From NCBI RefSeq assembly GCF_009914755.1, contig NC_060938.1: a stretch of DNA of 64,000 nt; one strand, 5' to 3'. The notes under the pieces were generated by a model. That model searched no databases. It was not told where the DNA came from and worked only from the letters and a program-made list of their open reading frames with translations. This DNA is from the human T2T-CHM13v2.0 reference genome, Homo sapiens. Shown piece by piece: positions 58,630 to 64,000 of the stretch; the stretch's first letter is position 1; each line of letters opens with the position of its first letter. A program made the position numbers and the translations under genes.

Positions 58630-59250
58630 CTGTAGGTATAAAATACATATATATTATATATGTGTATATAAAATACATATATATTATATATGTGTATATA
58701 AAATACATATATATTATATGTGTATATAAAATACATACATATTATATATGTGTATATATAATACATGTATTATATATGTGTTATATAATACATATATATT
58801 ATATATGTGTTATATAATACATATATAGTATATATGTGTTATATAATACATATATAGTATATGTGTTATAATACATATATAGTATATATGTGTATATATA
58901 ATACATATATATTATATGTGTATATATAATACATACATGTTATATGTGTATATATAATACATATATGTTATATGTGTATATAACATATATATAACGTGTA
59001 TATATAACATATATATGTTATATATGTGTATATAATACATATATATTATGTTATATATGTGTATATAATACATATATATTATGTTATATATGTGTATATA
59101 ATACATATATATTATGTTATATATGTGTATATAATACATATATATTATGTTATATATGTGTATATAATACATATATATGTATTTTATAGATATAAAATAT
59201 TATAGATATAAAATATAAAATATAATATCTATAAAATATAGATATAAAAT
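58630..59250. repeat. AT-rich minisatellite / (TA)n-derived VNTR with ~27-33-bp units
   Basis: Repeated TATATGTGTATATAATACATATATATTATGTTA; 11-aa periodicity in ORF 58912-59172. Confidence 0.97.
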
Positions 59251-59299
59251 ATTGTATCAGTGATTAGCAATGTTAATAGAAGTTTAAATCAGTATCTTC

Positions 59300-59800
59300 A
59301 TTCTGAAACCTAATATATATGTCTATTTGATCCAGAAATTTCACTTCTGGGGTTATAAGGTAATTACAAGGTATATGCACAAATATTTTACAATGATGAT
59401 ATTCTTCAAAACAGTATTTTAACAACTAAATTAAAAATAAATTAAACCTCTAAGAGTAGGTAATTAAAGAAATTGTGCTACATCCATACAGTGGAATACT
59501 ATGCATCTTGTAAACGAATACTTAATATCATAGGAAAGTATTCAGAACATACTATTAACCAAATGCAAATTGTATTACAAACAGCATACACAATGACTTC
59601 ATTTTTTAAATATATATAGTAATGAAAGTTCTGAAACACATGCGATTACCCCCAATAATAAAATAGGTCCATTAATATGTTAAAAGTTGTACAAGTTGTC
59701 ATCTTGGTTTTATTATATGAGGTGCTTTGTGTATTTAAACGAAATCTTTCCAAATTTTTACACTGAATATGTATTTCTTTTATAACTAGATAAAAAGCAC
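59300..59800 (+). mobile_element. Old L1ME-like 3' fragment
   Basis: TTTGATCCAGAAATTTCACTTCTGGG...CATCCATACAGTGGAATACTATGCA. Confidence 0.7.
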
Positions 59801-60190
59801 CATTCACAATTAAAAAAGGAAATCCAAAACTTCCCATTGCACTAATCAAACATTTATTAGGAAATGATATGCATCATAAATTACACATATACGAAAAAAA
59901 CATGGCCCCTAGCTTCAGAGTACCTAATAGAAATTGACCCTGACAGACTGTGGTTAGGAGAAACAAACATACATTTTAAACAAAGCTAAAATAGTAAAAA
60001 CTGAAATCAAACCCCCTTTGTGGTTAATTCGCATAAGGCTGCATCCAGCTGCTTTGGAAATATCAAAGACCGTCCACTCATTAACTGCTAATTCAAAAAG
60101 CAAACCTTGTAACTCTAATTATGCCTTTTAGAATTTTGTAATGTCTTACTAGTATTTGCCAAGTGGTGCATTAAACATGAATATTGTAGG

Positions 60191-60567
<377 letters not shown>

Positions 60568-60620
60568 TTAAATTCTTAAACGCAAACGTTTAAAATGAAT
60601 TAAATGTGCATATATATGCA

Positions 60621-60659
60621 CGTGTGTGTGGGTGTGGGGGTGTGTGTGTGTGTGTGTGT
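60621..60659. repeat. (TG)n microsatellite, interrupted
   Basis: Read directly. Confidence 0.9.
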
Positions 60660-61162
60660 AAAAATGGGGGAAAGGGGAAATGGGAGTTTTGATGCTTGCT
60701 ATGGCTAAGGAATTGTGTAAAGCGTTTCTGGATTTACAAATATACATCAGAAAATGACTAAAGATCTAATGAATTTCAAATCTAGAAAAGATAATAAAGT
60801 TTTACATAATACATAATACATAAAGTTTTACATAATACAAATTAGAAGTCCTATACTGCAAGCTATAGTACACAGCAGTAAGTTATGAGTCCCCAAATAT
60901 AGGTTTAGAAATAGAGAGCTGTAGGTATTCCTGGAAACAAGAAATATTTCTGGCTTGGTTGATCTAGACAGGTTTCCTGGGTGGAGTGTCATCCGAGCTG
61001 CAACTGCAATAAACATCTACTCCCTATAAAGCCAACAGAAACCCTACGTTACAAAGGAATGAGTATAGATATATTTTTCTATAGAGGAAACACACAGCAT
61101 CCACAGCCCTACTGCCTTCCATCCACACAAATAAGAATTTTTCTACACATAACCTTTGAACT

Positions 61163-61626
61163 CAGACAGACTCTCTCCTTGACCAAATCTTAGTTAGGCT
61201 CCTCTAAGCCTTCCTTTCTACTACACCTCAACCTTGGCCTCTGTCCTGTCTTTAGTATGCCTAGCCCAGTCTTAGCAAAAATCCTGCCAAGTCAGTTTAG
61301 CAAGAATTCCCACACTTTTAGTATATGATCACCCTTGACATCTGATCAAATTCCTTGTTCCGCTACCCTTGATGTCTGCCCTTGTCCTGCCTTCAGCAAA
61401 AATCCTAGTAATTTGGTTTAGCAAGAATTCTTATACTCTTGATGTCATCTCTTATTAATTTCCATCCACTGAGCCCCTCATTCTGCTTGTTGGCTATAAA
61501 TCTTCAGCTGTCTTTGTTGTATTTGGAGTTGAGCTTGATCTCTGCCCCCCACTGCAATATTGCAATAGTCTTGAATAAAGTCTTCCTCATCATTTTAAAA
61601 AGCATCGGAATAATATTTTTTAACAA
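61163..61626 (+). mobile_element. Solo LTR, MER31-like (ERV1)
   Basis: GACTCTCTCCTTGACCAAA..TTAG..AGGCTCCTCT start; internal TTAGCAAGAAT repeats; TATAAA; AATAAA; ...TTTAACA end. Confidence 0.7.
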
Positions 61627-61824
61627 CTCTGAGGGCCAAGATGATGAATCCAGTCAAAATGGATACACCTTGATTTTTCCAACATATATTAATATTATTT
61701 AAAAGTTGTAATTCAACTTTATGTAAATCAAGTTCTATAAATTGGCCAGGAAAATTGTTTAGTTACTCAAGAAGTGTTTATTTAAAACCTATCCCTACGA
61801 ACAGTGAAGGGTCTTAGAGTTTAA

Positions 61825-62225
61825 CAAGTTAGGCTGCCAGTTTTGTGGATGCTGGCAAAAGACATGAGACTCCTGGGATTAAAACAGAGGACTTTTATTA
61901 CTTAAGGCACAGCAAACAGCATGACCATCAGCATATTTGTAGCAATTCCCTTTTCCTCCCAAGTCTCATGGGGTGATGTGAATGGACTCAGATGAATGTT
62001 ACAGATGTAGTGAGGAAGTGAGTTGCATAACAAGAAACTCTGAGCTTAAAGAACATGAATCTTTTATAATGTGCAGCAAGTATGCCTCCTCTTTTCTCTG
62101 GAGGAAGATTATTTTTCACTATTCAGATATCCTTGTAAAGACGGTCTAGGACAAAGATCTATTAGGGCCTCACCCACAAAATGTTTAGAAACGTCGAGAC
62201 ACCTGTGGAGAATTGTCTCTCAGCA
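61825..62225 (-). mobile_element. Probable old LTR relic, family uncertain
   Basis: GGATGCTGGCAAAAGACATGAGACTCCTGGG...GACTTTTATTAC resembles the reverse of an LTR poly(A)/U5 region. Confidence 0.45.
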
Positions 62226-63606
62226 CCACTTTGAGCCTATCATTACAGGAATCCTCTTAAGTATATAAGAAGAAGGTAATTTATCAGTGTGCATTTTCAT
62301 GTCTGATTTTTGCAAAGCCTGAGATATACTTACACATAACACTGATTTGTGACTTAACCAAAGAATATCAGATAACAGTCCCTTTCAACCTAAATTCTTG
62401 ATGGTTTGTGAGATGAAAAGAGACAAGAGGAAGCATCTTTCTATTTATTTCCATCAGCTCCAGTTCTGCTCTTCACCTTAAGGTATCTCTGCTCTTCATC
62501 TTAAGTAATGGCAAATTTCTCCAGAACTTTCCCCCTCGCTTCACCTACTATGTAAGGGGGATAAAGAAAATATCAACTTCTATGCCAGACATTGTAATGG
62601 GTGCTCTTTCTACCTCTTCTTTTCTCATGAGCCTAACCACTGTTCAGCATCAAACCATATAGTCAGCATAAAAACCTGAATGTCCTGAAGAAGCTTAGAT
62701 TTAGCAAAAGGAAAAATCATTCCCTCGATTCCACAACACAAAACGTCTAACTCAAGCAGATTTGAATTTTTCAGTAGACATTGAGGAACAACCAAAGTTT
62801 AACCATGCAGAACCTTTCTTTCTGGTTTGCAAACAGGAAGAGACCCAAAAAGAAAAATTGCAAGTAACTTGCTCTCTTTCGTGCTCTCACTCTCATTCCA
62901 CCTCTTGCTCTCTTCCTCTCTCCCTCTCCTTCTCTTTCCTTTATATTGTGATAAATACATCAATGAGATCTCCAGAAATCCATCTGTCTTCATTTTCTCG
63001 ATATGCAGAAACAAACAACCCCTCAAATACAACTTAAATGTTACATTTTAAATCTGAATGAATTTAGAAAAGCAGCCTCATAGATCATAAACTTTATAAA
63101 CAGGAGAAAGGCTTAATGTGTTAAGGCCTATTGCAAACTTTTGCATTCCATTTCTTTTAGTCTATTTTCCAAGTCTTGGATAAAATATATTTTTCAAAAA
63201 TTGAATTTAGATAAGTTTGTCTAACAATACTGAAATAATTTTTAAAAGGTAGACTGTTATCCAAAGTCTCCACTTAACTTTTTATGTCAAATTGAACAAC
63301 TTCATTTGTAGCTTTAGCAGTGTTGAGAAATATCTGTATATTTCATAACATATTTTAAAAATTCAAAAGATTATGTAAATGCTTTCCTTTAAATGTATGT
63401 TTTTTCCTTTGCCTGCCTTTAGTCATTGTAAAGGGACTATTTCTAGATAACATGTCTGATCTTCTGGATATTATTTCTTTTTGACATTGCTTTCTGGGAA
63501 TTACAATGAGGTTGGCTGTCAAGTTTACAAGATTTTAGCAACCACATATGCTCTTCGTGCTCTTCACTAAAAATAAAAACCTATTTTCTCTGCCCCAAGC
63601 ATCATA

Positions 63607-63702
63607 AGTGATGTTTCAAAATAAACTCTAATTACGTAAATTCTGAATCAGTCCAGTGATGTTTTAAAATAAATTCTAATTACGTAAATTCTGAATTAGT
63701 CC
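63607..63702 (+). repeat. 48-bp tandem duplication (3 C/T differences)
   Basis: AGTGATGTTTYAAAATAAAYTCTAATTACGTAAATTCTGAATYAGTCC x2. Confidence 0.95.
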
Positions 63703-63834
63703 TAAGGTAATAGAGTGAAAGGGTATAGAACACAGTGTCTTTTCCAGGAAGCATCAGGAACACGGGGGATGGGAAAGATCTGCCATAGTGAATAGGTTTG
63801 AAAATCCTGGGAATCCTTAAAAGTTTGGAGAGAT

Positions 63835-64000
63835 TGTGGGGCTTAGTGAGTAAGAGCCTGAGCTCCAAAATCAGACAGCAGTGGGCTTGACTTTCAACTC
63901 ATTGTGCTATTTACTTTGGAACACTGGAAATTTACTTAATATTTATTAAACTTCTCTTTTCCTATGCAAAATGGACATGGTAATACCCACTAAATAGGGC
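63835..64000 (+). mobile_element. MIR (runs off the window end)
   Basis: TAGTGAGTAAGAGC...AAATTTACTTAA...CCTATGCAAAATGGACATGGTAATACC. Confidence 0.7.

Noticed and set aside
58630-59250. Regularly spaced repeats as a CRISPR-like array or repeat-protein ORF
   Set aside because: No unique spacers; low-complexity eukaryotic minisatellite
59883-59912. U6-like words (CACATATAC, CATGGCCCCT)
   Set aside because: Intervening U6 sequence is absent; coincidental
60795-60840. Short duplication TAAAGTTTTACATAATACA x2 (similar 17-bp duplication at ~45623-45655)
   Set aside because: Ordinary slippage duplications without further signal

Overview
Primate (probably human) genomic DNA, AT-rich and with no CpG island. 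About half of it is recognisable interspersed repeat: ~23 Alus or Alu fragments, several old L1s, L2/MIR relics and ~10 solo LTRs (MaLR, ERVL, ERV1). I found no protein-coding exon, RNA gene or promoter that I can support, so the window is intergenic or deep intronic. The supplied ORFs come from Alu, L1, LTR or simple repeats, or are chance ORFs. I cannot name the locus, and repeat subfamily names are from memory of consensus sequences and approximate. No new multi-gene system is evident. The most notable signals are structural. (1) An old L1 (55.1-58.15 kb) is flanked by a ~200-bp diverged direct repeat whose 20-bp octamer+SOX core is identical in both copies. (2) Nested inside that L1 is a possible Alu 3' transduction. 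(3) A 421-nt pure-purine tract with three (GGAA)13-15 blocks replaces an Alu tail. (4) An L1MA has a twin-priming 5' inversion. (5) An ORF1-only L1 fragment sits inside an MLT1 LTR. (6) A few unique blocks carry motif clusters or candidate micro-exons.
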